IMG/VR virus record: IMGVR_UViG_3300020577_010124
Location: 32,001-96,000 of that record
DNA length: 64,000 bases
Source: a virus
Lineage: Duplodnaviria > Caudoviricetes
Direction: 5' to 3' (one strand)
Part shown: positions 26,775 to 37,900 of the stretch, one piece after another
Position numbering within the stretch: the first letter of the stretch is position 1
Layout of the letters: each line of letters begins with the position of its first letter
Position numbers and translations under genes: made by a program
The notes under the pieces: generated by a model
The model's input: the letters and a program-made list of their open reading frames with translations, nothing else
Told to the model about the DNA's origin: nothing
Databases searched by the model: none

Positions 26775-26992
26775 AATATTTTACTGGCAAATATGAATCA
26801 ACAGAAGGTTTTCATGAGTCAATATACGAGCATATCTTAATGTCAGAATACAAATGCTCAGTTGAATATGTAAAGCAACTCCCTATCAAAAAGTTTACTG
26901 AACATATTTTGATATGCATGACTAAGAATAAGATAAATATGAAACAAATGGAAGTATTTGCGGGCGCAGGAATGATTAGGAGCATGGTATGA
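26319..26992 (+). CDS. tail assembly chaperone gpGT-like (-1 frameshift product, ~224 aa)
   Basis: A9 at 26748-26756. The -1 frame is open for 78 codons (IIDDAVKYF...IRSMV) to TGA 26990-26992, which overlaps the next ATG. Confidence 0.85.
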
Positions 26993-27399
26993 ATGTTTTT
27001 GTAAATAAGAATGCAGAAATAGTTGTCACGATATTTACCTACCAAGACCCTAGCGGAAAGATCTCTGCTTGGACAAAGAACCTGCCAGAAATGCAACCAA
27101 AAGAAGTCGATTCTACGCTGGTTTCAAAAAATGAGGTAGTGTTCAAAGTGCCTGGCTACAAAGAAAACTCTGAACTTTTGGATTCTGCGGTAGAGTTTGA
27201 TCAGTCAGGTAAAATGCGAATCGTTTCAAGTGCTTTGACTTTCAACAGGTTTACCAAATTGTTGAAGAGATGGGATTTCAAAGACCAGGACGGAGCTATC
27301 GTGCCTGCCAATTCTGAAAATGTGGCTTTGCTGGAAACGGTTGTAGCTCAGATTATCGCCCGAGATCTGGAAGCACAGCTTGTATCTCAAAGCGCATAA
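26989..27399 (+). CDS. second tail assembly chaperone-like paralogue
   Basis: LKRWDFKDQDGAIVPANSENVALLETVVAQII aligns with LKEWDIEDDEGKIVSLNPDTIGSLPTVIANAL of the previous gene; AGGAG RBS. Confidence 0.7.
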   Translation: MNVFVNKNAEIVVTIFTYQDPSGKISAWTKNLPEMQPKEVDSTLVSKNEVVFKVPGYKENSELLDSAVEFDQSGKMRIVSSALTFNRFTKLLKRWDFKDQDGAIVPANSENVALLETVVAQIIARDLEAQLVSQSA

Positions 27400-27532
27400 C
27401 GACTGGATTTGCCGTCCGTTAGGGTTTTCCGAGCGGAGCGAGACTAGTCTTTGGGTTTGATTCCGTGGGATGTAGGACTTGGCCGTTTTTTGAGCTAGAC
27501 TTTGCCAAGCCTTCCATCAAAGGAGTCAACCA

Positions 27533-28006
27533 ATGCTTGCCGAATCCATTATGCGAAGCTCGTCCATGCCAATGCCTGTCCGAAAGGCGGCTTCTACCTA
27601 CGTTTTCGCTGACATCATGCTCGACATGGCTTTCTGGGGTATGTCGCTGATTACGGCTGGAATAGCTCTTATTTACGGAAGCGCCGTAATGGGATTTGTT
27701 GAGGGGTTGTTCTGTTTCGGCTTCTATTCTCTTGGTCTTGGCATTATCTGGTTTGCCATCAATGTTCTTTCGTTGATTGGCCTCCCCAGAGTGTTTGTCA
27801 AGGGATTTGGATGTTTTATCGTTTTCTTGCTGATGACTTCGGTTTTCTCAACCGTCAAAAGCGTTGATGCATGGCACCATGCTCCTGGTAGCGTCTACTT
27901 CAAGACCGAACAGCAGAAAATTGACGATTATGATAATTGGTGTCGTTCTCAAGGTATGCATGTTTACACAATCGAAGAGATGAGAGGCGGACCCATCAAG
28001 AAGTAA
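27533..28006 (+). CDS. membrane protein (moron-like)
   Basis: About three hydrophobic segments; AAGGAG RBS; own 133-nt leader and downstream terminator. Confidence 0.75.
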   Translation: MLAESIMRSSSMPMPVRKAASTYVFADIMLDMAFWGMSLITAGIALIYGSAVMGFVEGLFCFGFYSLGLGIIWFAINVLSLIGLPRVFVKGFGCFIVFLLMTSVFSTVKSVDAWHHAPGSVYFKTEQQKIDDYDNWCRSQGMHVYTIEEMRGGPIKK

Positions 28007-28030
28007 GCTGACATTTCAGGTAAATCTGAA

Positions 28031-28066
28031 AAGGCCGCCCTCTGATAAAGGGTGGCCTTATTTTTT
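28031..28066 (+). terminator. rho-independent terminator
   Basis: aaggccgccct / agggtggcctt 11-bp stem followed by atttttt. Confidence 0.85.
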
Positions 28067-28103
28067 GGCGTAATTTAGAAAGGAACCCCTATAAGGTAAA
28101 TAC

Positions 28104-31100
28104 ATGGCTGAAGGCGTATCAAAAGACCAATTCAAGTACGTACTCGATCTTCTCGTCCAAGTCGGCGTTATCAATGCAGATCAAGCAAAAACGGCGATAA
28201 AGAACGTTGGAGATTCTGTAAAAGACACTGACCAGAAAATGGGCAAGTGGCAGGCGACCATTACAACGGTCAACTCTGCTCTTGGACAGATGGGACAGGT
28301 TGTAGGTAAGGTAGGAGCGGTCTTCGGCGCAGAAGGTTTGAGTATTGGAAATGCTGTTTCCATTCATTACAAATACAACCAGGCTATTACCACAACTTAT
28401 AACCAGATGCAGAAGTTTGGTTATACTGTTCAAAACTATGAAGGCCTCATAACAAAACTTCGTTCAAGTTATAAGGGAACATACGAACAGACTATTCAGC
28501 TAGCTGCTGCTTTTGAGAAAGGCTTTTCTTTTACTGGCCCCCAAAAGATGGCTGGTATATTGAGTTCAGTTAGAGATGTAACAGGCAACAATGTTGAGGC
28601 TATGGCTTCCTTTGTTGGAGAGTTGCAAGGTATTGCTTCGGCAAACCCTCTCTTTGAAAAACTACTCAATAACTTTGATACAGACGTTATTGCAGAGCGT
28701 AATAAGGATATCAAGTCCTTTGCTCTTGATATGGCTCTTGCTGGCAAGCTAAGCGATCAGCAGATCAAAGCCCTTCAAGTCTTTGTCAATGGACGACCAA
28801 AAGATAAAGAGTCCTCAGATCGTTTGGACGCGATGAACTCGGAAAATCTTGCTGTTCGTAAAATCCGTAACGAATGGGAAAACATAAATATGGAAGTTGG
28901 CAATAAGCTAGCTCCATATCTAGTTCAAATAGGTGATTATCTAGAAAAGCATAGCGCTCTTGTTACTGCCATTGGCGCAGGATTCATGGTAGTATCAGCA
29001 GGAGTAGGCCTTATATCAGGCGGCTTGTCTACGGCTCTTGCGATGGGTACTCGTCTTGCTGAACTTAAGAAACTTTGGCAAACTCAATCAGCGGTAGGTC
29101 AAGCTGTTTCGGCTGGCGGAAAATACGCTGGTTTTGGTCAAATGGCAGGCACTGGCCTTCGAGCAGGCGCGGGCGGGTTGGCTGCTTGGGGTGCAGGCTC
29201 TTTATATGATAACTTTGCTGGCGCAAGACATGAAGGTTATTCTGATGATAGTTATTTTGGCGGAGTTGCTAATGAGCTAGGAAGAACTGGAACACAAATA
29301 GGAGCGGGCGCTGCTGTTGGCGGTGTGCCTGGCGCAATTGCTGGCGGAGCTTTGAACTTAGCTTCTAGTATTCCTGAAGTATTCAAGAGAGAATGGGATA
29401 TTGGTAAGAATGTTGGCGGAAACTTGATGGAAGAAAGCCGCCAGCGTAGCGCCGTTAATAGAGTAGACGGAAATGGTATTAAATTTGAACTCGCCAAACA
29501 GTCTCAAAAAGTAGCAGACGCTGACCATTGGTGGGTAAGTTCCAAAACTCTTGAAACCGAGAAGCAAAAGCTTGTTGTTCTTACTGAGCAATATCATCAA
29601 AGCTCAGAGTTTGGCGAGACTCTGAAAAGAAACAAAGCTTATGAAGATCAAGTAACAACTGCTATAACTGAACAAGTAAAAAAGCAAGAGCAAGAAACAA
29701 AGACTACAAAAGATATGGCCGATTTCTTGATCCGAGTAAATCAAGAAATGAAGAGCTATAATCAACAGTTGGAAATAGCTTCGACTCTTACTAGAACATC
29801 TAACGAACTGCTTAAGGCAAGAGCTAATCTTATTGGTGCGTCTGGCGGTAGCGCTATCGGCGTTCAAGACGAAGCTTCTAAGGCAAAGGCTAGACTAGAA
29901 TCTGAAATGTCTATAAATGCTCAGATCATTCAGAGAACAAGAGCATTACAAGAAGAGGGCGAAAGCAAGTTTGGTTCTGGAAAGAATATCTCAGCAGGCG
30001 AAAGAGCAGCCGCGGAAAAAGTAAGAGAGGACGCTTTGGCTTCTCTTAGTCCAGACGACACTTCTGCTGGTGAGAAGTATAGTAAGATCATGAATGACTA
30101 CTTTAGTAAGGTTGGCTATAGCGCTGATTATACGGCTGCAAAGATCGACCAGCTTACGACGAGTCAAACCGAAAAGTATAAGAAGCTTGCTGATATAAAT
30201 ATCGAAGTCGCCGAAACGAATAAGCCTCAGATTGAAACGCAAGAGAAGATAAACTCGGCTCTTGAAGCTCAGATATCTTTGGTTGATAGCGCAGGTATGG
30301 GTTTGAAGGCTCAAGTTGGCGCTCGCAAGCAGCTAATGGATCAGATTGGTCAAGAGATAGGTTTGCTCAATGAGCAAGCTTCTTTGTTCCAGCAGGCTCT
30401 TAGAGACGCGCAGCAAAAAGAGAAGTTTGCCAAGAGCGAAGAAGAGGCCCGACAAGCAAGAGCGGAAGAAAGACAGTACGGAAACAAGCTTCTAGATTTG
30501 GACGTAAAGAGAACTCAGCTAATGCAGAAGCAAGCCGAAATCAGCAAGTCTATGAGAGAAGGATGGATTAGCGCTATCTCTGCTATGACGACGGGCGCTG
30601 GCGTATTTACAAGAATCGTTATAGACCAAAATAAGAGACTTGGTAATCTTCAGTTTGCGGCTCCTGATAGACTAGCAACTCTTCGAGGCGGCGGTATTCT
30701 AGGCGGTCGAAGCGAGTCGGCTCAATGGTCGCCTGGCGGTTTTAGAGAAGGCGCAGCAGGCGGATATGAGAAGAACGTACTAAGCAAGTATGGAATGGCT
30801 CCTGGCAATACTATACAGGATATGGCTAAGGGTGTAATGAACTATCAAACAACGGTTGGTTCTCAAATGTCACCAGCCGCTGCTACTATCAATGTTGGAC
30901 CTCAAGGAACGGCAGAAATAACAACTGCCATTACTGAAGGCTTTGCTAAGGCTGGCGAAAAGCAAAAGGAAGCTAGCCGCAGTTCGACTCAGAGTTTTAT
31001 GTTTGATAAGTCTCAAATAGACGAGATAAAGAAGTCCCTTACCGACGCTCTTGTTGCAGCAGCAAAAGAAGCAAAGGCCGCAGCTATCAAAGAAATAAAC

Positions 31101-31112
31101 TCAGGACGATAA
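28104..31112 (+). CDS. tape measure protein
   Basis: 1002 aa, Ala/Gly/Gln-rich helical protein with central hydrophobic Gly-rich segments and coiled coils; downstream of the tube and frameshifted chaperone. Confidence 0.85.
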   Translation: MAEGVSKDQFKYVLDLLVQVGVINADQAKTAIKNVGDSVKDTDQKMGKWQATITTVNSALGQMGQVVGKVGAVFGAEGLSIGNAVSIHYKYNQAITTTYNQMQKFGYTVQNYEGLITKLRSSYKGTYEQTIQLAAAFEKGFSFTGPQKMAGILSSVRDVTGNNVEAMASFVGELQGIASANPLFEKLLNNFDTDVIAERNKDIKSFALDMALAGKLSDQQIKALQVFVNGRPKDKESSDRLDAMNSENLAVRKIRNEWENINMEVGNKLAPYLVQIGDYLEKHSALVTAIGAGFMVVSAGVGLISGGLSTALAMGTRLAELKKLWQTQSAVGQAVSAGGKYAGFGQMAGTGLRAGAGGLAAWGAGSLYDNFAGARHEGYSDDSYFGGVANELGRTGTQIGAGAAVGGVPGAIAGGALNLASSIPEVFKREWDIGKNVGGNLMEESRQRSAVNRVDGNGIKFELAKQSQKVADADHWWVSSKTLETEKQKLVVLTEQYHQSSEFGETLKRNKAYEDQVTTAITEQVKKQEQETKTTKDMADFLIRVNQEMKSYNQQLEIASTLTRTSNELLKARANLIGASGGSAIGVQDEASKAKARLESEMSINAQIIQRTRALQEEGESKFGSGKNISAGERAAAEKVREDALASLSPDDTSAGEKYSKIMNDYFSKVGYSADYTAAKIDQLTTSQTEKYKKLADINIEVAETNKPQIETQEKINSALEAQISLVDSAGMGLKAQVGARKQLMDQIGQEIGLLNEQASLFQQALRDAQQKEKFAKSEEEARQARAEERQYGNKLLDLDVKRTQLMQKQAEISKSMREGWISAISAMTTGAGVFTRIVIDQNKRLGNLQFAAPDRLATLRGGGILGGRSESAQWSPGGFREGAAGGYEKNVLSKYGMAPGNTIQDMAKGVMNYQTTVGSQMSPAAATINVGPQGTAEITTAITEGFAKAGEKQKEASRSSTQSFMFDKSQIDEIKKSLTDALVAAAKEAKAAAIKEINSGR

Positions 31113-31113
31113 A

Positions 31114-34100
31114 ATGGCTAATATATGCTTAGGTAATTTACTTCCAAGCAGCGTTCTTGCCTACGACAATATAGATCTAATACCCAATGGATTTATACCC
31201 GAAGTCGGCGTTACGGCAAGACATGCGCCCGCCTCTCAGACAGGCCAAATTACTGAGCGCGAAAAGATAAAGCTTCTTCCCGCAGATCGTTTGTATGCTG
31301 AGTTTTGGTTTGGAGTAAGAACTAGAATAACAGGCACGAACTTGGGAGACGCAGGGCAAGGAGCTTTTGCTGCCCTTGGCTTTCTTGGAGGAGGAGCAGG
31401 CGCTGTTATTGGAAGCGCTTTGGCTTGTTCTCTTACGGGAGACGCAGAGCGAACAATATCAAAGTTTGTTTTCCATGTCTGCGATTCCGAGTCTCGTCTT
31501 AATAGAGAAATCGTTCTTACCGCAGATAATATAAAGACAAAGACAATAACTCTTCCAGATTATGTTATAGCTGTTTTGGGAGTCACGAAGGCTCCAATTG
31601 AGTTTGTTACGCCTACTACCCCTCTTTCTCAAGCGCAGATAGACCAAGCCAAGGCTATACCGCCAGACGAAATAGAGCAGAGGTTGGGTCGAAGAGTTGA
31701 TCCAGATAAACTTACAGATAGCGATATGCGGGTATTGCTCAATATACAAGAGTTGAATGAGTTGGAAAACCTAGGCAACTCGCATAGAGCCATTCGAGGA
31801 TGGGCGCATAGCGCAGACGGACAGATTCAAGCGACATTCAAAAACTTTAGCTACTCTGACGCTGGTAATCTTTTTGAGAAGATCGTAAGAGATCCTCGTA
31901 AGAATAAGTATCGAGCAGATAACGAGTTTGATAGAGATAAGGGAAACTGTTTTTGGAACGGCAGCACCGACGATCTAACAGACAAAACCATAAGCTTTGT
32001 TCTAAGCGAAAAAACAACGCCTCCTACTGACGGTTCTACTCCTCCAACCCCTACTCTTCTCAAAGCAGGAGACAAGGTGTATGTTTCATATGTTGCGGCA
32101 ACAAATCCAATGTTTCGTCATGCAAGCGAGAACATAACAAACTTCTTCTTGTTCCCTTCGCAAGACGCATATCAGTTGCCTCCTCTTGATTTGGTCAAGG
32201 GCTGGAACTTCAAGAAGCATAAGTTCAAAGTTCGCAAGAACGAAGCTCAAAGAGCTATTATAGCTGACCTAGATACGGACGCAGCAATTCAAAAGCTTAT
32301 CAATGATACGCAATCGGATAGCTCTCTGAATGCTGCGCAAAAAGCAACAAGAGTTGCCGAGCTTCAAGCAACCTTTCTTTTGGAAGAGATTGAAAGTCAA
32401 CGGCTTATAGAAACTAAGCAAGAGCGAGCCAATCGAATACCTTTTATCAAAGGTTGTTATTTTGCTGATTCAAGAGGTATTTGTAAGGTTGAGCTAGTCG
32501 GCGTTGGAACGGCTCAGGTTATAGTTCCAAGATCTCAAATCAAGGATCAAGCTTGGTTCGACCAGTTGCTGTTAGACTTGCAAGCGGACCCTGTTGGTCA
32601 AGCCAATGGAGTCTTTGACGACAACGGTATACTGAATGTTGCTCAGGCAAATAGTTTCTTCTTTGACGATTTTTTGTTTGACATTAGCGATCATGTCAAT
32701 ATGGTTTGCTATGATAATGAGAAGTATGGATATGAAAGAAGATTTGCTAAAGCTATAGCCAAATGCAAAATTTTTAACGAGAGCGATCCAACAAGCGGAG
32801 TAGGCGCTCCAAATCTTGATTTCTTATTGAATGGCTCTCTCGATAGAGATCGTTTTGATTTGACAAGCGCAAAGTTTGATACGGTTCCAATGCAGGGGCC
32901 TGCTCATCTATTTAGCTGTAACGTTACTTTTACCTATGACTTTGGCTTCTGTACTAAGGGAACAATCAATGCGGATATGATTCTAAGAACTCCGACGTTC
33001 TTCCAACAGCTTACTAAGAAGTCAAGAATTTATGTTGAAAGATTCAGTCCTCAGTTTCCGCTAAGACCAGACGGCGGTATTTGGGTTGGAACAAAACCAG
33101 CATTTCAGGATAACTATGCGGTTACGACAAACCCATTCAATTACTTTGGATATATAGTCAGCCCAGACGCTACGACGGGAACGACAAACTATAGAGTGTT
33201 TGAAGACGCTATAGTAAATCAAGAACTTGAAAATCTAAGCTATGACGCAACAACAGCAAGTCATTCATTGCCTGCTGTAGACGGTACTTTGACCGAGAAT
33301 AAAATCAAATACGTAGGCTTTGATAATATTCTAGGGGACCAACCTGGCTATTCTCGCGGAATAGAAATAACAACAGAAAACGCCCTACTTGTAATGAACA
33401 AGATCCCAAAAACTACAGTAAAAAGAGAAAAGTTGCAGTTTACGGTAAATGAAGAAACAGGCAGAGTAAACGTCTCAAGCTCGTCTGCTAAGAAAATACG
33501 CAAGATAGATTTCACATATGTTCCAAACAGCAGAGAGTTTTTGAACGAAAAGGACCGTTTGCTTTCTATTGTGTTTTCTAGTACCAAAACTGTTATAGAC
33601 AATGTTGCTCTACCATATCAAGGATTGTTCTCTACTAAAGAGCGAAAGGTGTCTGTTGATACAAGATATGTTTCTAGCGAAGGCTTTTTTATGGACGGAA
33701 ACATAATGAAGCTAATAACTATAACATCTGTAGAAATAGAGTATCTTGACGAAGTAGATTATGACAAGTACAAGTTTCAATCTTCCATTGTTTCAACGTG
33801 TTTTGATCCTTCTGGTAACTGGCTTATCTTTTATGAAGATCAAGACGGAGCCAATGGAGATACGAGCAAGAATGGATTCAATGCTGATGGTTCTCATTTA
33901 GTTGGACCTTTAGATTCGGGAGCTTTGCCTGGATTGCAAGATAGTACAGCCATAGAAATTTCTTGTTTGTATTCACAAGATTATGGCATTACATGGTTTA
34001 ATCATAAGGCAATAGTTAGAACGGTAGCAGGAGAAACGGTTAGTTCTCCTTATGCGGTAACAGACTATCGCTCGGGTAAAGTTCATTTGTTCTATGTTCT

Positions 34101-34986
34101 TAATGATACTTTGATGCACAAAGTTATCAATACTCATCTGCTAAAATATGAAGATGCTTTTCTTGGATACAAGCGACCTTTGGCATTGAATGAATCAACA
34201 AGCCTAGGTTATGGATTGTATCATTTTTCTGTGGCAGGACAGCGAATAAGAGAATCGCCAAGTAGCATTGTTATTGGAAATCTGGACGGAGATTATCTAA
34301 CCAAACAATTAGCTATAACTAAGAATCTTATTGCTAAGCAACGTAGCGACTATCGCTTCTTGGTTTCAGGAGATCTTGCCAACTATAGCGAGGGTTTTCC
34401 TGCGATTGATTTTGCTGTTTACAAAGATGTTGCAGGTTTGCTTAAGGTCATGTTTACAGCTAATGGAAAACTGTATTGTAGAGCTAGCGGAAACGAAGGA
34501 ACTTCTTGGTTTGACGTAATAAAGGATGGTATGCTTATTCATAAGAATAGTAATGTGCAAGAGCTAAAGTCTATAAATACTCTTGGCATAACTTTTGACC
34601 ATAAAACAAATAATAGCTATTTGACATATCAAGTAGACGGCATGCTTTTCCTGAGACGATTTGAGGCAGGTAATTCTATTGGTAATGATAAGAAAATTAG
34701 AGAAGTCTTGGGGCCAGATTCAAAATCTTCTAAGCCTATGTTTGTTATTGGTTCTCTAACAACAGAAGCAAAAACTGCCATTACTAATAAAGAAACGCCT
34801 ATTGCGTTTCCATATGACGACGTAGATTTCTTTGGAGAGGCTTTATCTATATCGCAAGTTCCATGTTTGGGATATGTAACAGCTAGCGGTATTCCGAGAT
34901 TTTTCTACAAAGACGCGCAAGGAACTTTTAGAGCATTCTCTTATCAAACAGTACCTATTCTTGATATAGGTTATAGCAAGGTGTAA
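31114..34986 (+). CDS. large tail-tip protein with Asp-box motifs
   Basis: 1290 aa immediately after the tape measure; SQDYGITW and SGNEGTSW Asp-box-like motifs. Confidence 0.6.
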   Translation: MANICLGNLLPSSVLAYDNIDLIPNGFIPEVGVTARHAPASQTGQITEREKIKLLPADRLYAEFWFGVRTRITGTNLGDAGQGAFAALGFLGGGAGAVIGSALACSLTGDAERTISKFVFHVCDSESRLNREIVLTADNIKTKTITLPDYVIAVLGVTKAPIEFVTPTTPLSQAQIDQAKAIPPDEIEQRLGRRVDPDKLTDSDMRVLLNIQELNELENLGNSHRAIRGWAHSADGQIQATFKNFSYSDAGNLFEKIVRDPRKNKYRADNEFDRDKGNCFWNGSTDDLTDKTISFVLSEKTTPPTDGSTPPTPTLLKAGDKVYVSYVAATNPMFRHASENITNFFLFPSQDAYQLPPLDLVKGWNFKKHKFKVRKNEAQRAIIADLDTDAAIQKLINDTQSDSSLNAAQKATRVAELQATFLLEEIESQRLIETKQERANRIPFIKGCYFADSRGICKVELVGVGTAQVIVPRSQIKDQAWFDQLLLDLQADPVGQANGVFDDNGILNVAQANSFFFDDFLFDISDHVNMVCYDNEKYGYERRFAKAIAKCKIFNESDPTSGVGAPNLDFLLNGSLDRDRFDLTSAKFDTVPMQGPAHLFSCNVTFTYDFGFCTKGTINADMILRTPTFFQQLTKKSRIYVERFSPQFPLRPDGGIWVGTKPAFQDNYAVTTNPFNYFGYIVSPDATTGTTNYRVFEDAIVNQELENLSYDATTASHSLPAVDGTLTENKIKYVGFDNILGDQPGYSRGIEITTENALLVMNKIPKTTVKREKLQFTVNEETGRVNVSSSSAKKIRKIDFTYVPNSREFLNEKDRLLSIVFSSTKTVIDNVALPYQGLFSTKERKVSVDTRYVSSEGFFMDGNIMKLITITSVEIEYLDEVDYDKYKFQSSIVSTCFDPSGNWLIFYEDQDGANGDTSKNGFNADGSHLVGPLDSGALPGLQDSTAIEISCLYSQDYGITWFNHKAIVRTVAGETVSSPYAVTDYRSGKVHLFYVLNDTLMHKVINTHLLKYEDAFLGYKRPLALNESTSLGYGLYHFSVAGQRIRESPSSIVIGNLDGDYLTKQLAITKNLIAKQRSDYRFLVSGDLANYSEGFPAIDFAVYKDVAGLLKVMFTANGKLYCRASGNEGTSWFDVIKDGMLIHKNSNVQELKSINTLGITFDHKTNNSYLTYQVDGMLFLRRFEAGNSIGNDKKIREVLGPDSKSSKPMFVIGSLTTEAKTAITNKETPIAFPYDDVDFFGEALSISQVPCLGYVTASGIPRFFYKDAQGTFRAFSYQTVPILDIGYSKV

Positions 34987-34988
34987 TA

Positions 34989-37900
34989 ATGTCTGACGGA
35001 TGTAAAGTACCAGCTTTTGCTTCTCCTGGGTGGCCAGGCAAGCTTAAGTTTAAGTGTATTCTTTGGCCTAACTGTCCTTTATACGAAAGAATCAGACAAG
35101 ATCAGACCTTCATCTTTTCTCCTGAAACTCTTACGTATGCGCCTCAAAAACTGAGAGACAAGATTGTTTCTATTGCTGGTGTTGACGGTGGGTTTTTGCG
35201 TCCTCGTCCTAACTTCTATCTACATAATTTTCTTTGCTTCCTCAAGCGAGGAGAATACCAATTCCAGCCTGGCGAAAAAGAAAATATAAATAGTCCGTAT
35301 TTTAAAAACATACCGTCATTGCCTAATCTTGAGTTCTTGGGTCTTGAAGACGCTCTTACTGCAAATGAACTTGTCTTGGAAGGAAACTCGGCTGTAAGCA
35401 GTTCAGCTATGGCTTCGCATCAAACGTGGCTGGCGGACGGAAGCTTGTATTGTACAGACAATGTTTTGCCTTCTGAATATGGTTCATCCCTTGTAAGTAG
35501 AGGCATAAATAATACAGCGAGAGCCGTTAGAGAGTATTTCTGTACAGGATGGGAATACATAACCCAGAAAGTTAGCAACCCTGTAGGTACCAATGGTAGT
35601 AGCGTTTTAACTACTAATGAAACTAAACTAACATCTGTTCATATGCCTTCTGTTACAGGAATAGCCAGTTCTGATGATCCTGTGCAGGTTATGAAAGATA
35701 ACAACATTGAAGACGTATTCAAAGTTTCTGGAAGCGAAAACACATACCGAAATATTAACCCAGGACTTCATTGGAGAGTTGTTAAAAGAACGCCACTATT
35801 CCAAGGCGAAGATTTTGTTATTGAGTTTAGAAAAACAGCTACTGAGGGAGTCTCTAGCGTTAGTTCTACGGCTAAGTTTAGAATGCTCGATAGGTTCAAA
35901 TATCTTGACGTATATACCTTTAATCAACAACTGTTGTGCGGTTCTCTGAATAATGAAGGCTTCATAGATTTTGATAAGAAACAGCAGATTATCGAAGATA
36001 CTCGTAAGGTTTTCGATTTTAGCCGTCAGATTTATTACATGATCGAAATAGGTAAAGACGACCCTGATCATCATTATCTCATAATCATTGCCGAAAACTC
36101 ATTCCCTATATTTTGTCATATAGGCAAGACTCCTTATCTAAGATGTACGCTAAGCTTTACTGGATCTAATTCTAACCCTCCGCCTGCTCCATCTAGAGAT
36201 GCCTCGTCTCCAAGAGATTGCGCAGAATCTACAGACCAAGCGAAACCAGGCGCTAGTACGGATAATGGACGATTGGGAGAGTTTCTTGTTGTAGAAAACC
36301 CTGAAGATCTTGTTCTTCGTAAGCTTGGAACTTATGACGGAGCAAGTTCGTTGACTTTGCTCAAGCAAGACAAGCTTAGGGTATCTATCCGTCAGCATGG
36401 CGGAAACATGATTGTTACTTTTTCTGGACACGAGGATAATCCTTGGGTTGTAAGTCGCAAAGATCTAGACCCAAACTCTACGCCTTCAGGACAACCTGTA
36501 ACAGAAAGCCAAGTTGCTTATAACGTTATCAGAATGCAGATTCCTGAAGCGCAAATAGCAATCATGGGCGGTAACATAAAGACTGCTTTCTCGTTTGTTC
36601 CTCAGCTTTATGATCGAATCGACAACTACACAATGCCTCAGCCTTTTTCTATTGGCGGTCCTGTTAACGTTGACGAGGTTCAGTTTCTATGGAGAGATAA
36701 GGCTATTAGCCAGAATCCAGAAGTGTCTATCAATCAAACGAAGAAATGGCACTACACGAATGAAGCTGGCGAGTATATTGAAATTGCAGTTGACGACGGA
36801 AGAGGAACTCCTGTTGGTATATCTTCTAGCGGTTCCTTTGAAAGAACGGCAGCAAAGCCAGTTCAGATATTGGCTACAGAAGTTCAACCAGAATGGGTTT
36901 TCAAGTATGGTAAAGCTCCTGATATGGTTGATAGTCAAGAAGCTCGCAAAAATGGAATACAACCGTCTGCTTTGATTGTCAATGCATCAGAATGTACGAC
37001 AAGCGCAGGCTCTGTAGCAAATACAAGTAAGCTTATGCAGGCTTCTATATCTGTTGTGCCTGGCGGGTATTTGTTCTACGCTATTGACGGAGGAGAACCG
37101 TGGGCTTTGCAGGGTTGCGTTACTCCAATCGTTTACAATCTACGTTTATATGTTCCGCCGAAAGGATGCGTTTTCAACAAGAGTCCTATAGACGTAAGCC
37201 AGCATGTTCTTACATTTAGCGATGAATGGTCAGAAACAGATTTTCAAAAGCTTGAACATCAAGGTTCTATTTCGTTCCTTATCAGTCAAGGAATGAAGTT
37301 CCCTAATAACCAATCAAACTATTTGTCTCAGCTAAACGGTAGAGCATTCTATCTTCAGATAAGCATGTGGTGGGAAGATGGTATTATGCCTCGTCCTATA
37401 GACGAACAGGATAAGATCATTTTCACTGGATTCTGTGCTGGTGGAGTTATTGCAACTGAAACGAATAAGAAAATACTTGAATGCAAGCTATGCGACTATT
37501 CAAAGATTCTGAAAGATCAAATGTTCTTTAACTCTCCTTACTTTGATAGAATGAGAGATGTTAATGCTATACGAGAAATACTTCAGCTTTCAGGATTGAG
37601 AGACGGAGAGGATAATCAATCAACATTTGAGCCAGGTTCTCTTGTAAGGATTCTTGCAGACTCTGATCCCAAAGACGAATGGTATACGCTGTTCTTTAAT
37701 GGAGAGAAGTTAATAACTAGAGAGTTTGCATTGCCAGGCTCTTATGATATTCTTCAGTCTCCATTCTTACGATTTACTGACGGTCAACCATATTGGGATG
37801 CTATTGAAAAGATAGCCTTGCTTGCTAATAAGGTAGCTTACTTTGACAGATTTGGAGTTTTCAATTTCACTGCATTGCCATACGATCAAGAACTCTTTGG

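Noticed and set aside
29225-29260. Lysozyme-like RHEG motif in the tape measure protein
   Set aside because: The downstream Y.D..G..T.G.G catalytic pattern is missing, so it is probably coincidental.
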